Counted from the first letter of the stretch, positions 47,410-57,364 are shown. The stretch: DNA of 64,000 nt from Armatimonadia bacterium (GCA_039683575.1 JBDKRC010000243.1:21628-85627), one strand, 5' to 3'. Notes: generated from the sequence alone by a model not told the origin. Made by a program: numbers and translations.

Positions 47410-48249
47410 ATGATGAAGATCGGCTGCGGAACGGTCTGCTTCCGCAATCTGCCGCTGGAGGACGCCCTCAGGCGCATCGCCCGGGCTGGATACCACTGGG
47501 TGGAGACTCAGGCTACTGCGCCCTTCTGCCCGCACGTAGACCCCTGGCATGACAACCCCGAGGCGTTCAAGAGCCTCGTCGCCGACTGCGGATTCGAAGG
47601 CGTGACGGCCCTCTGGGCACCCCACGGCGCGATTCTCGCCGATCCCGAAGCCGTCGCAGGCGTGAGCGCAGCCCTGCAGTGGGCTCAGGCGGCAGGCATT
47701 CCCGTGGTCAACGCGGGCGACGGGCAGAAGCCGAAGGATATGTCTGAGGCCGACGCGCTTGCCTTGCTTGGAGAGCGTCTCTCAGCCATCCTCGAGGTCG
47801 CGCAGCGCTGCCAGGTGTTCGTCGCCATTGAACCCCACGGAACCTTCTCCCTCACCCCGGCGGGCCTGGAGTCGATCATGGGCTTGTCAGAATCCCCATG
47901 GCTGGGCATCAACTACGACACCGCCAACGTCCACCGCGCCACCTACGTCGAAACCGCCGCCGGAGCCTACAACTGGCAACCTGTAGGCGAGAGCGCGGAT
48001 GAGGTGGCTACCCTGGAGCGCGTTATCTCACACGTGGTGCACTGCCACGTGAAGGACACCATCGGCGCGCGGTCGGTGGCTCTGGGGGAAGGAGAAGTGG
48101 ACGTCCTCGGCTGCCTGCAGGTCCTCGACAGGCACGGTTACGACGGCGTGGTCTCACTGGAGACAGAGGGGGACGAGGGACCCGACGAGATGGAGCAGAT
48201 GATAGAACGCAGCCGGCGCTACCTGGAGGAAGCCCTGAGGCCCACATAG
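47410..48249 (+). CDS. sugar phosphate isomerase/epimerase (xylose isomerase-like TIM barrel)
   Basis: AIEPHG, INYDTAN, HCHVKD, GEGEVD, GYDGVVSLE. Confidence 0.9.
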   Translation: MMKIGCGTVCFRNLPLEDALRRIARAGYHWVETQATAPFCPHVDPWHDNPEAFKSLVADCGFEGVTALWAPHGAILADPEAVAGVSAALQWAQAAGIPVVNAGDGQKPKDMSEADALALLGERLSAILEVAQRCQVFVAIEPHGTFSLTPAGLESIMGLSESPWLGINYDTANVHRATYVETAAGAYNWQPVGESADEVATLERVISHVVHCHVKDTIGARSVALGEGEVDVLGCLQVLDRHGYDGVVSLETEGDEGPDEMEQMIERSRRYLEEALRPT

Positions 48250-48273
48250 CGCCGGCTGACTCAATAACCCTTG

Positions 48274-49560
48274 CTACTTGAATTCCGGCAGGTAAGCCTT
48301 CTGCAGCTCAAGCATGTCATCCAGCAGCGCCCGCGCCTGCGCGATGCCGTGAATGCACGGGTCAAGCAACAGAGCCTGCAGGAGCAGCCGCTTATCTCGC
48401 GTGCGGTACGCCTCGGTCACGGTGCTGATGATGTCGCACTGTAGCCGCAGGTGTGCCGCAAACGTCTCCGGGAGTGCCCCGACGGCCACCGGCTCAATTC
48501 CCTTGCGGCTAACGTGGGCAGGTACCTCGACCGCCGCTCCCTGCGGCAGGTTGGCGATCAGCGGGCCGTTGTTGAGCAAGTTGACCGCTGACACCCGCAG
48601 CGGTTGCTCCCGCTGCAGCGCGCCGATGACCGCCACTGCCAACTCCCCACTGCTCCCTGCCACATCCTCAATCGGCACTTCGCCCCGTAGGAAGCGCACC
48701 ACAGCGTTGTCCGGCACCGGCTCCCCTGTCACCTGCCGATTCTCCTGCCCATAGTGCCACTTCCGGCCGCAGAACTCGCCGCCGAAGGCGAAGTACTCGC
48801 CGATATGATCGTCGGAGGGGTAGCTGAGAACATCGAAGATACGAGCCAGTTGGCAATACAGCGGCGGCAGGCCCAGCGTATCGTCCTCCTGGACCTGTTG
48901 CAGCAGGCGCGGCAGGTGCTCGCTCCCATCACGCCGGTCACGCACGGAAAGGGCGCAGAAGATGTGGTTGAGCCCCGCCGAGGTGACTTCCAGGTGCTCC
49001 TGCGGAATGCCGCTGAGACGGCTGGCGAGCCTCTCCAGGCCAAAGACCCCGTGGCAAAGCCCGATCGCTCGGACCTTGGTCAGGTGCAGGATTGCATGCA
49101 GAACGCGCGCTTCCGGGTTGGTGAAGTTCAGCAGCAGCGCCTCTGGGCATAGCTCCTCGATGTCGCGGCAGATGGGCAGGATGAGGTTGAAGCTGCGGAG
49201 CGCATGGAACAGCGCGCCGGGGCCGCCGTTCTCGCCGAGACAGTGGCTGACGCCGTGGGCCTGCGGGACGCGGAAGTCCTGTTCCCACAGCGCCATGCGC
49301 TGGATCGAGACGGCCGTGATGACGAACTCGGCTCCGGGCAACGCCTCGCGGCGGTCGGTGGTGCTGGTGACCCGGGCGGCGCTGCCGTGGTGCTCTTTGA
49401 GCGCCTCCGCGAAAGCCGTCATGGTTGCGAGAGCACTGGGGTTGAGGTCCACCAGGCAGACCTCGAGATCGGGCAGTTGCCGCCCTGGCTCGCCCAGCAA
49501 GTCTGCGATAACGCCCCGTCCGAAGCTCGCACTACCAGCGCCTATGACAACGATCTTCAT
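48274..49560 (-). CDS. glycoside hydrolase family 4 (NAD-dependent, MelA alpha-galactosidase-like)
   Basis: KIVVIGAGSASF, GENGGPG, LLNFTNP, IGLCHG, AGLNH, AVEVPA, QALLLDP. Confidence 0.92.
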   Translation of the reverse strand: MKIVVIGAGSASFGRGVIADLLGEPGRQLPDLEVCLVDLNPSALATMTAFAEALKEHHGSAARVTSTTDRREALPGAEFVITAVSIQRMALWEQDFRVPQAHGVSHCLGENGGPGALFHALRSFNLILPICRDIEELCPEALLLNFTNPEARVLHAILHLTKVRAIGLCHGVFGLERLASRLSGIPQEHLEVTSAGLNHIFCALSVRDRRDGSEHLPRLLQQVQEDDTLGLPPLYCQLARIFDVLSYPSDDHIGEYFAFGGEFCGRKWHYGQENRQVTGEPVPDNAVVRFLRGEVPIEDVAGSSGELAVAVIGALQREQPLRVSAVNLLNNGPLIANLPQGAAVEVPAHVSRKGIEPVAVGALPETFAAHLRLQCDIISTVTEAYRTRDKRLLLQALLLDPCIHGIAQARALLDDMLELQKAYLPEFK

Positions 49561-49716
49561 GGAACCAACTCCCTGAACGAAATGGCCTCACATCGGATAC
49601 AGCCGGTCTTCACGTTCTGAATGACCACACCTGAGCTGACCTCGCCCAGCCCAGGCAACAACATTCCGCCTCGCCAAGTCGATACCTTGGCGCCGCACCT
49701 CCGCCTCCCCCTCATG

Positions 49717-49745
49717 TTGACGCTCTTTTGGCGCGGGCGTATAAT
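49717..49745 (+). promoter_or_regulatory. strong sigma70-type promoter for the sugar ABC operon
   Basis: TTGACG, 17 nt spacer, TATAAT; palindrome GCAAGCTTGC at 49758-49767 just downstream. Confidence 0.8.
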
Positions 49746-49818
49746 CCGCCAAGTGCGGCAAGCTTGCGCAGGTGTCGCAATTCCCTACCTCAATGAACAC
49801 CCCTCGCGAGGTTCTCCC

Positions 49819-51099
49819 ATGCGATACTGGCCTGTCATGCTGTTAGTCACCATGCCCGCTCTCCTTTTCACCGGCTGCGCGAAGAAGTCGGAACCTGCCG
49901 GCAAGCGGCAGACCACAAGCCTCAGCTTCCTCGCCATGGAGTATGACACCAACACCCGGCCTTTCATGGACAAGGTCAAGCAGCAGTTTGAGGCGGCTAA
50001 CCCCGACATCAAGCTGAACATTGACGTCGTTGACTGGAACCTCGGCAAGGACAAGCTGGCCACCCTCGTCGCCGCCAATAACGCCCCCGACCTCGCCAAC
50101 ATCGCCACCATCTGGCTCCCCGAATACGTGCAACTCGACGTCGTCGAGCCCGTTGACAGCTATCTCTCAACCGAAATGCGCGACCGCTTCCTGCCCGTCA
50201 CCCTCCACGGCGCGGAATACCAGGGGAAGCTCTACGGCCTCCCCATAGCCGTCAGCGCCCGCGCCATGTACTACAACAAAGACCTTCTGGGCAACAACAA
50301 GCCCCCCACCAACTGGAAGGAACTGGTCACCGTCGCCAAGAAGTGCTCCAACCCCGCCAAGGGCATCTACGGCTTCGGCGTGCAGGGCTCCAAGGTCGAG
50401 ACCGATGTCTACTGGTACTACTTCCTGTGGGCCAACAAGGGCGAAATCCTCTCCCCCGACGGCACCCAGGCGATCTTCAACAGCCCCGCTGGCGTAGAGG
50501 CCCTGCAGTTCGAGTGCGATCTGGTGCAGAAGAACAAAGTCACCGAACCCGAGCCGACCGCCTACGACCGCGAGGGCCTGCAGGAGATGTTCAAGGCCGG
50601 CAAGCTTGGCATGACCATCACCGGCCCGTGGTTCTGGAAGATGCTCAAGAAGGACGTGCCCAACCTCCACTACGGCGTGGCGCCCATCCCCGGCAACAAG
50701 CAGCAAAAGACCATGGCCGTCACCGACAACCTGATCATGTTCAAGGCCTGCAAGAACAAGGAAGCGGCCTGGAAGTTCGTCGAGTTCTTCTACAAGCCCG
50801 AACTCCGCCAGGAATGGGCCGAGACCTTCGGCATGATTCCTGAACTCAAGTCCGTCGCACAGTCCGACTTCATCAAGAAGAGCCCTGAGTGGACCACCTT
50901 CCTCAGCCTCCTGGACTCCGGCGTCTTCGTCCCGCTGCACCCCCGCTGGACGGCCATCGCCAAGGAGATCGAAGTCGGCGTGCAGCAGGCCCTCCTCGGC
51001 GAAAAGACGCCCAAGGCCGCGCTCGATGCCGCCAAGACCCGCGTGGACGCCCTGCTCAAAGAGCCGGCCACACCAGCAACTACCGCGCCCGCCAGTTGA
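49819..51099 (+). CDS. sugar ABC transporter substrate-binding lipoprotein
   Basis: Lipobox FTG-C, FEAANPDIK, GKLYGLP, YYNKDL, PTNWKEL, AAWKFVEF. Confidence 0.92.
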   Translation: MRYWPVMLLVTMPALLFTGCAKKSEPAGKRQTTSLSFLAMEYDTNTRPFMDKVKQQFEAANPDIKLNIDVVDWNLGKDKLATLVAANNAPDLANIATIWLPEYVQLDVVEPVDSYLSTEMRDRFLPVTLHGAEYQGKLYGLPIAVSARAMYYNKDLLGNNKPPTNWKELVTVAKKCSNPAKGIYGFGVQGSKVETDVYWYYFLWANKGEILSPDGTQAIFNSPAGVEALQFECDLVQKNKVTEPEPTAYDREGLQEMFKAGKLGMTITGPWFWKMLKKDVPNLHYGVAPIPGNKQQKTMAVTDNLIMFKACKNKEAAWKFVEFFYKPELRQEWAETFGMIPELKSVAQSDFIKKSPEWTTFLSLLDSGVFVPLHPRWTAIAKEIEVGVQQALLGEKTPKAALDAAKTRVDALLKEPATPATTAPAS

Positions 51100-51119
51100 C
51101 CGCGGCCCCGTCCTCCCAC

Positions 51120-51212
51120 CGTCAGGCCCGAAGGGCCGTAAGCTGCTAGCCAGGTCCGCAAGGGCCTGGTATCCGGCCATCTCAACATACCAGAGCCCCG
51201 CAGGGGCGGCAG
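51120..51212 (+). repeat. multi-hairpin intergenic repeat (AGCCCCGnAGGGGCG family)
   Basis: GGCCCGAAGGGCC, CCAGGTCCGCAAGGGCCTGG and GCCCCGCAGGGGC hairpins between SBP and permease genes. Confidence 0.6.
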
Positions 51213-51238
51213 CAACTACTTCCGGAGCCCGCCAAGGC

Positions 51239-52132
51239 ATGCAACGCGGTCGCACCACCCTAATCGCCTACCTCGCCCTCGCCCCGAGCGCCATTCTGGC
51301 GGTCGGGGTGATCTTCTACCCGATCCTGCGGACCTTCTATGCCGCCTTCTGCCAGGTGGACCGCAAGGGCAACCCAGGGGCCTTCGGCACCCTCGGTAAC
51401 TTCCGCGCTGTCCTTGGCAGCGACGTCTTCCGCCAGCAGGTTGTCCCGCACACCATCCTCTGGACGGTAGTGGTCGTCGGCGTAACCATCGCCATCTCGC
51501 TCTTCGTGGCCGTAGCGCTCAACGAGCGCCTCCCTGGCCGCCGCCTCATGCGCTCCATCGTGATGCTCCCCTGGGCCACCTCTTTGGTCATCAGCGCCGC
51601 GGTGTGGAAGTGGATCCTCCATCCCACCCAGGGCCCCCTCAACCGCCTCCTGGAGGGCTGGGGCTTCATGCCCTATGGCCAGGCCCCCGCGTGGCTCGCC
51701 CGCCCCGGCATGGCCATGGCCGCCGCCATTGCCGTCGGCATCTGGGTCTCCATCCCCTTCACCTCGGTCGTTCTGCTGGCCGGGCTGCAGTCCATCGGCG
51801 ATGACGTCTACGAGGCGGGTATCCTCGACGGCGCCACAGGCTGGCGGCGCTTCCGCCACCTGACGCTCCCGCTCCTGCGCCCTGTGCTACTCGTCGCGGT
51901 CCTGCTCAACGTGATCTACGTCTTCAACTCCTTCCCGATCATCTGGACCCTCACCGAGGGCGGCCCCGCTAACCAGACGCACATCATCGTCACGTACCTG
52001 TACCAGACCGCCATCTCCCAGCGCGAGTATGGCCAGGGCTACGCCATGGCTGTGCTGACCTTCGTCGTGCTGCTCGCCTTCTCGCTCATCTACACCCGTC
52101 TTCACTCCCGGGAGGGCTTGCAGGGCGAATGA
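51239..52132 (+). CDS. sugar ABC transporter permease (MalF-like)
   Basis: LAGLQSI..DVYEAGILDGA..WRRFRHLTLPLL EAA loop; six TM helices. Confidence 0.92.
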   Translation: MQRGRTTLIAYLALAPSAILAVGVIFYPILRTFYAAFCQVDRKGNPGAFGTLGNFRAVLGSDVFRQQVVPHTILWTVVVVGVTIAISLFVAVALNERLPGRRLMRSIVMLPWATSLVISAAVWKWILHPTQGPLNRLLEGWGFMPYGQAPAWLARPGMAMAAAIAVGIWVSIPFTSVVLLAGLQSIGDDVYEAGILDGATGWRRFRHLTLPLLRPVLLVAVLLNVIYVFNSFPIIWTLTEGGPANQTHIIVTYLYQTAISQREYGQGYAMAVLTFVVLLAFSLIYTRLHSREGLQGE

Positions 52133-52980
52133 GAACCTCCCGCTTGACCAAGACTGTCTTCATCTGCGGCATGATCCCGGTCATGCTGATCGTGCTGTTT
52201 CCCTTCGCGGTGATGATCACCACCGCCCTCAAGACGCCTGCGGCCATCTCCGCCCCCTCCGGGCCGGATCAGCCCTATCACTTCATCCCCACTGAGCCGC
52301 AGCCGTCGAACTTCATCGAGGTCTTCCGCGCGATGCCTCTGGCGCGCAACTTTGGCAACAGCCTCATCATCGCCCTCGGCGCCACCCTCCTGAACCTGCT
52401 TTGCGCCATCCCGGCCGCCTACGCCCTCGCACGGCTGGTCTTCCCCGGCAAGAAGGCCGTCCTCTTCCTGGTGCTCACTACCCAGATGTTCTCGCCCATA
52501 GTCCTGATCATCGCCCTCTTCGCCCAGTTCACCAACTACGGCCTGCTCGAGGGGGGGCGCGTCTACTTCGCGCTTATCATCGCCAACGCCGCCGCCTCCC
52601 TGGCCTTCGGCATCTGGCTACTCACCGGCTACTTCTCGACCATCCCCCAAGAGGTCGAAGAAGCCGCGCTCATTGACGGCTGCTCGCGCTTCCAGACCAT
52701 CTCGCGCATCATCATCCCGGTCGCTCTGCCCGGCGTGGTGACCACGGTCATTTTCGCCTTCATCAGCGCCTGGAACGAGTTCGTCTTCGCCCTCACCTTC
52801 GTCTCCTCCGACGTCTACAAGCCGCTAACAGTGGCGATCCCCAGCTTCATCGGCCAGTACGGCACCCAATGGCAATTGCTAATGGCCGCCGCCCTCCTGG
52901 CCACAATCCCCGTCGTAGCCCTGTTCCTGGGCATGGAAAAACACCTCGTCCGCGGCCTGACGGCTGGATCGATCAAGTAG
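52129..52980 (+). CDS. sugar ABC transporter permease (MalG-like)
   Basis: IPQEVEEAALIDGCS EAA loop, AWNEF, GLTAGSIK; ATGA overlap with the preceding gene. Confidence 0.93.
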   Translation: MRTSRLTKTVFICGMIPVMLIVLFPFAVMITTALKTPAAISAPSGPDQPYHFIPTEPQPSNFIEVFRAMPLARNFGNSLIIALGATLLNLLCAIPAAYALARLVFPGKKAVLFLVLTTQMFSPIVLIIALFAQFTNYGLLEGGRVYFALIIANAAASLAFGIWLLTGYFSTIPQEVEEAALIDGCSRFQTISRIIIPVALPGVVTTVIFAFISAWNEFVFALTFVSSDVYKPLTVAIPSFIGQYGTQWQLLMAAALLATIPVVALFLGMEKHLVRGLTAGSIK

Positions 52981-53105
52981 TGAACGAGTCCCGCCCGGCA
53001 CTGCAAGCCGCCAGTGCCAGTGGCCGTTCGCTGGGAGCGCGGGCATCTCTGCCCGCTCGGGGTCCTGCACTCCCCCGGAAAATCACCAACTGAGATCAAA
53101 CACGC

Positions 53106-53807
53106 ATGGCATGGTTCCAAAATCCCCCCAACCCGCTGCTTGAAGAGCGGGAATTTGCGCTAAGCCCCGACTACAGCCCCCTTCAGTGGGTCCTTCTGGC
53201 CCTCCTCTGGATAGTGCTCCTCCCGGTGTGCCTGCCCCTGTGGCTCCTCGGACGCTTGCTGGTTGGAGCGGTGGTCCTTAGTGGCACCATCGCCTTCTCC
53301 GTGGCCGAGAGGGTCTTCCATGGCCCAGTGGACAAAGCCCAGCCCTTCCAGTGGCAGTGCGTCCGCGCCTGGCTCAATAACTGCGTCGGCACCCGCCTGC
53401 CGCACTGGAACGGCCCCTTCCGCCGCTTCATCTTTCGCCTCAGCGGCGTGCGCATCGGCCGGGGCAGCTTCATCGGCATGGGCGGCTACATGGAGGACTA
53501 CCTGCCCCAGAATGTCATTATCGAGGACAACGTGACTGTCTCCTTTGGGGTGACCTTCATTGCCCACGGAGCCAAACAGGGCCGCACCGAACAGGAGAAG
53601 TACATCATCCTGCGCAAGGGCGCCTACGTCGGGGCCGCCTCAGTGCTCATACCCGGCATCGAGATCGGCCCGTCGGCCGTGGTCGGGTCCGGATCGGTGG
53701 TCACCAAAGACGTCCCGCCCGGTGCCATCGTCGCCGGAGCCCCTGCCCGCATCTTGGGCTACAAGACGGGTTACCAACCAGCCTCCTCAGCGGAAGAAGA
53801 GGACTGA
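53106..53807 (+). CDS. hexapeptide-repeat (LbH) acyltransferase with N-terminal TM segment
   Basis: GVRIGRGSFIG, IGPSAVVGSGSVVTKDVPPGAIVAGAPAR. Confidence 0.88.
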   Translation: MAWFQNPPNPLLEEREFALSPDYSPLQWVLLALLWIVLLPVCLPLWLLGRLLVGAVVLSGTIAFSVAERVFHGPVDKAQPFQWQCVRAWLNNCVGTRLPHWNGPFRRFIFRLSGVRIGRGSFIGMGGYMEDYLPQNVIIEDNVTVSFGVTFIAHGAKQGRTEQEKYIILRKGAYVGAASVLIPGIEIGPSAVVGSGSVVTKDVPPGAIVAGAPARILGYKTGYQPASSAEEED

Positions 53808-54001
53808 GTTTCCAGTCAGGCCTCAGCTCTGCAAAACCTGAAGCAGACTTTCCTCATCGCCACAATGTCGTTTGGCGATGCTGCTGGCAGATGGCAACTG
53901 AAGGGCGTATGGGGAACTGAAGGGGACGTTGCTGGAGCGGACGGGGAACATGCCGGCGAACTCGGCTTTTGTGCTGGAGGTGGCGGTGGAGTAGCTCCGA
54001 A

Positions 54002-54330
54002 GTGATTCAATTGGCAGTCTTTGGGCGAGCTAAAACCGCGCTACGTGGCTCTGAGTGGCCTCTGCGGGGCAAACAGCGTTTGTGCAACTGGAAAATGGCT
54101 CTGAGGGCCCTCTACGCGGCTCTCAGGGCCATTTGCAGTTGTGAGTGGCCTGAAGGTGCGCCAGAAGCATCATTTTGGAGCAGAATCGGGGAATCCAAAT
54201 CGGCGCTACGCGGCTCTGAGTGGCCTCTATGGGCTTGTGAAGCCTCCGCTGCGTTTTGGAACACATTGAATCCGCCCTGAGAGCCCCGTAGAGGGGCCTG
54301 TATGGCTTTTGGGGATTTCAACTGATTCAT
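54002..54330. repeat. intergenic element with four CTACGnGGCTCTnAG motifs and degenerate inverted ends
   Basis: Motif at about 54041, 54112, 54206 (+) and 54277-54291 (-). Confidence 0.6.
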
Positions 54331-54435
54331 CTGTGTTCCGCCCTGCCCCCACCTTCAGTCACTTCGACGGCAGCCCAACCTCTCCCCCTCTTGTCACTCT
54401 GAGCGAAGCGAAGAGTCTCGTTAGTTCCGGCCCTT

Positions 54436-55533
54436 CTATACCACCTCGCCACGCATCTCGTCCCACGACCTCAACCCTAATGTGGTATCAATTCCATAGA
54501 GACTATCCCGTCCGGCCAACATCGCCAGCCGCCCGGCAGTCTCCGGGCTTTCATTGTCCAAAAGCGCCTTAAGAAACCCCGCTACCGCGGCATCCCCAGC
54601 CCCGCAGGCATTCTGCATCTTCGATCCCTCAACCGGGTAAGCCTCGACCCACAGCCGCCGCCCCTGCCACTCGGGCGAAAGCTCGAGCACCTCGACCTCT
54701 GCAGCGGTGGCGAGGTAGGCCCCGCGATGGCCGCCTTTGATCAAGACGACCTTCGCCCCAAGCGCCAGCACTCTGTCCGCCAGTTCCTCATACAGCCTCG
54801 CAGGCACGGTATCAACAAAATCGCCATCAGGGCTCTCCAGGAGCAGCTGAGACCACTTCTGACGGTCGAGCATGAACAGCAGTTCCTCGACGCTCGGCAC
54901 AAAGACGTCAACGTGCGGCAGCACCCCGGAAAGCAGCAGAGGCCACTCTACGCGCCCGGCCGGGCCATCCGGATCGGGAAGCGTCATATCGAGCGAGGTG
55001 GCAACGCCGAGGGATTTCACGCGCTGGAACACGGCCTCGAGTTCCGCGCCCCCATTGCGGAACATCGTCTCCATAAGCGGCGGGTAGCCGAAGTGGAAGA
55101 GCCGGCTGCGGGCGATGAGCTCGTAGTCGAGATCGGCGGCACCGAAGGCGGCATTGCAGCCGGGGTATTCGAGGAAGACCCGGTCGGTCCCCGGCGGCGC
55201 GATGACTATGCCATAGGCCGTACCCGCGCGCTCGGTCTGCTCCACATACAGCTCTGCCCCACGGCCGCTCAGCATCCCCAACAACAGGTCCCCCAGGCCA
55301 TCCTTGCCCACCAACCCAATCAACCCGACGCGCGCGCCAAAGACGCTAAGGGCGAGGCCTGTATTCGCCACCACTCCCCCCGGCGTGGCCTCCAGCGGGC
55401 CTACCTCGATGAGCTTGCCGGGACGGAGTAGTTCGGCCAGGGGGGCGGGATTGCCTGGCGCAAACGTGGGCGCGAGGTCGATCCCGAGGTAGCCGGCGAC
55501 TACCGCGTCGAGGCGTAAGTTGGAGGTCGGCAT
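54436..55533 (-). CDS. PfkB family carbohydrate kinase
   Basis: GGVVANTG, GLVGKDGLG, IKGGHRG, NACGAGDAAVAG. Confidence 0.9.
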   Translation of the reverse strand: MPTSNLRLDAVVAGYLGIDLAPTFAPGNPAPLAELLRPGKLIEVGPLEATPGGVVANTGLALSVFGARVGLIGLVGKDGLGDLLLGMLSGRGAELYVEQTERAGTAYGIVIAPPGTDRVFLEYPGCNAAFGAADLDYELIARSRLFHFGYPPLMETMFRNGGAELEAVFQRVKSLGVATSLDMTLPDPDGPAGRVEWPLLLSGVLPHVDVFVPSVEELLFMLDRQKWSQLLLESPDGDFVDTVPARLYEELADRVLALGAKVVLIKGGHRGAYLATAAEVEVLELSPEWQGRRLWVEAYPVEGSKMQNACGAGDAAVAGFLKALLDNESPETAGRLAMLAGRDSLYGIDTTLGLRSWDEMRGEVV

Positions 55534-55561
55534 GGTAGTTCTCGCTGGTTGGTCGGTGACA

Positions 55562-55631
55562 CGGCATGCGGGCAGGATGCCCGCGCACCTACGGCAACGG
55601 CTGCGGGCAGGATGCCCGCGCACCTACGGCT
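55562..55631 (-). repeat. two tandem GTAG-type REP-like palindromes (35-bp period)
   Basis: Minus strand GTAGGTGCGCGGGCATCCTGCCCGCA at 55567-55592 and 55602-55627. Confidence 0.88.
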
Positions 55632-55640
55632 ACGGCGGCG

Positions 55641-57005
55641 TTAGGTCGCCTTGATCAGCTCCACGCCGAGGATGTTGCACAGGTCGCGCAGGGGCTCGGT
55701 CTGGTCGCCGTACGCGATGAAGTAGTGCTGGCTGAGTACCTGCTGGATGAACCCCTCGATAGGAGTATCCAGGGTGATTTCGAGGCTCGGCAGTTGCGGA
55801 GCAGGCGGCGCCCAGCCGGCTTCCTCCCACGGGCGCGGCGTCTTTGCCTCACCGGTGACCATATGGAACGCATAGCGGTCGCCAGTGTGGGTCAGGCGGC
55901 AGACAGTGACCGGCCCGGTTTTGACGCGTGAGACGTTCAGCAGCCCCTCGCCGAACTCGCCGAAAGCGGTGGGGAGGACGGTTACGGGGCCGTCCACGAC
56001 TTCGCTGGGCACGAAGTCCGGAACGCCCATGAGCATCCCGTCCGGCATGAACTCGTAGAATTCCAGGTACGCCCCGATCTGCCCGGTAGCGTAGCGGATC
56101 ATCAACTGCGTGACCGAGCCGAGAATGTCATTTTCGGGTACCGTGCAGACGCCGTCCTGCTCGTGCAGCAGCATGAAGACACCTGCCGGAGCGAACCCGA
56201 GCAGCTTCTTCACGCCATCCACATCAACCAGCGTGATGGCCTCATAGCCACGCTCCCGGACCTTCTGCTGCACCGCCAGGTAGAGCTTGACCGTGTTCTC
56301 GATGGTCTCGGGCTGAGCCGGCTTGACGAAGCTCCAGCGCTCGGCAACCTCTGCGGACAGCTTAGCCACAGCCGCCGGATCGAGCTTCTCGATCCCCTGC
56401 ACCATCTCCAGCATCTCGAAGCTCTCGACCTCGGGGCCAATGACCCCGCGCAGGGAGACACCGTCATGCTGGGTGCCATACAGCTTCATGTCGCGGTAGC
56501 CCATGGTGCCGATGCGGGCGCCGCGGAGCTTCGCAGCGGCCCGGGCCGCCTTCGCGTAGCTAACGACCTGCTCCACCGGGAGCTTTTGGCCGCGGTAGGT
56601 CACGATGTACTTGAACGTGTAGCCCAGGTCAGCCATGGGCTTGCGGAGGGCGGTCGTGCCGGCCTGATCGGCGGTGGTGACGAAACGGCCGTTCTCGTCC
56701 CAGCCAGTGAGGCCGAGCAGGATCATGGGCTTGTGGCGGAAGCGGTCGGCAATCGCGATGACAGCGTGGGAGGGTATCCAGCCGGCGAGGCAGAGAATGA
56801 GGACGTCAAAGTCGGCGCCGGAGAGGTCGGCAAGGGCCCGGGCAACGTCGGCCCCGGCGGGGTCGTCGGAGACCGGGTCGGTCCAGAGGAGGTCGAGGCC
56901 GGCGGCCTGAAGCTCTTCCCGGGCGGCATTGCATTTGCGCTCGATCAGATCGCGCGGAGTGTTGATTTCGCCGAAGCCGACGAAGGCAGCGGTGAGGTTG
57001 GGCAT
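55641..57005 (-). CDS. L-fucose/L-arabinose isomerase family protein
   Basis: LRGARIG, PENDILGSVT, GPVTVCRL, QHYFIAYGD; AAAGGAG RBS before ATG 57005. Confidence 0.8.
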   Translation of the reverse strand: MPNLTAAFVGFGEINTPRDLIERKCNAAREELQAAGLDLLWTDPVSDDPAGADVARALADLSGADFDVLILCLAGWIPSHAVIAIADRFRHKPMILLGLTGWDENGRFVTTADQAGTTALRKPMADLGYTFKYIVTYRGQKLPVEQVVSYAKAARAAAKLRGARIGTMGYRDMKLYGTQHDGVSLRGVIGPEVESFEMLEMVQGIEKLDPAAVAKLSAEVAERWSFVKPAQPETIENTVKLYLAVQQKVRERGYEAITLVDVDGVKKLLGFAPAGVFMLLHEQDGVCTVPENDILGSVTQLMIRYATGQIGAYLEFYEFMPDGMLMGVPDFVPSEVVDGPVTVLPTAFGEFGEGLLNVSRVKTGPVTVCRLTHTGDRYAFHMVTGEAKTPRPWEEAGWAPPAPQLPSLEITLDTPIEGFIQQVLSQHYFIAYGDQTEPLRDLCNILGVELIKAT

Positions 57006-57123
57006 GGCGTTCTCCTTTGGAGCGCGTGTGACGGGTGCGGGAAAGGCGGGCCGGATGCCGACGGTGAGGCTGTCGGCATTCGGCCCCTCCATTGTCGACG
57101 ATGGTTGGTCGGTGATGACGGCC

Positions 57124-57332
57124 GGGCCGGCTGAAGCTCGGCCCCTCCGAAGAGACGGCGGACGGCAACGGCGTCGGGGCCAGTGGCCCCTCCCACAAGC
57201 GGCAAAGGCGTGCGGCCAGTGGCCCCTCCCACAAGCGGCAAAGGCGTGCGGCCACTAGCCCCTCCCACAAGCGGCAACGGCATGCGGGCAGGGATGCCCT
57301 GCGACGCGGACGTCGCTTCGCGCACCTAACGG
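57124..57332. repeat. mosaic REP cluster (BIME-like): GGAG REP, three tandem 36-bp units, interrupted GTAG-family REP
   Basis: 57124-57153 GGAG family; GGCCAGTGGCCCCTCCCACAAGCGGCAAAGGCGTGC x3 at 57178-57285; TGCGGGCAGGGATGCCC..CGCGCACCTAAC at 57283-57330. Confidence 0.85.
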
Positions 57333-57364
57333 CGGACGGCTAAGGGCAACGGCACGGATGGCGC

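Noticed and set aside
53816-54572. Short ORFs in the repeat-rich intergenic region
   Set aside because: No RBS or codon bias; the repeated peptides simply mirror the DNA repeats
57178-57285. Three 36-bp repeats as a CRISPR array
   Set aside because: Units are head-to-tail with no unique spacers, and no cas genes are present
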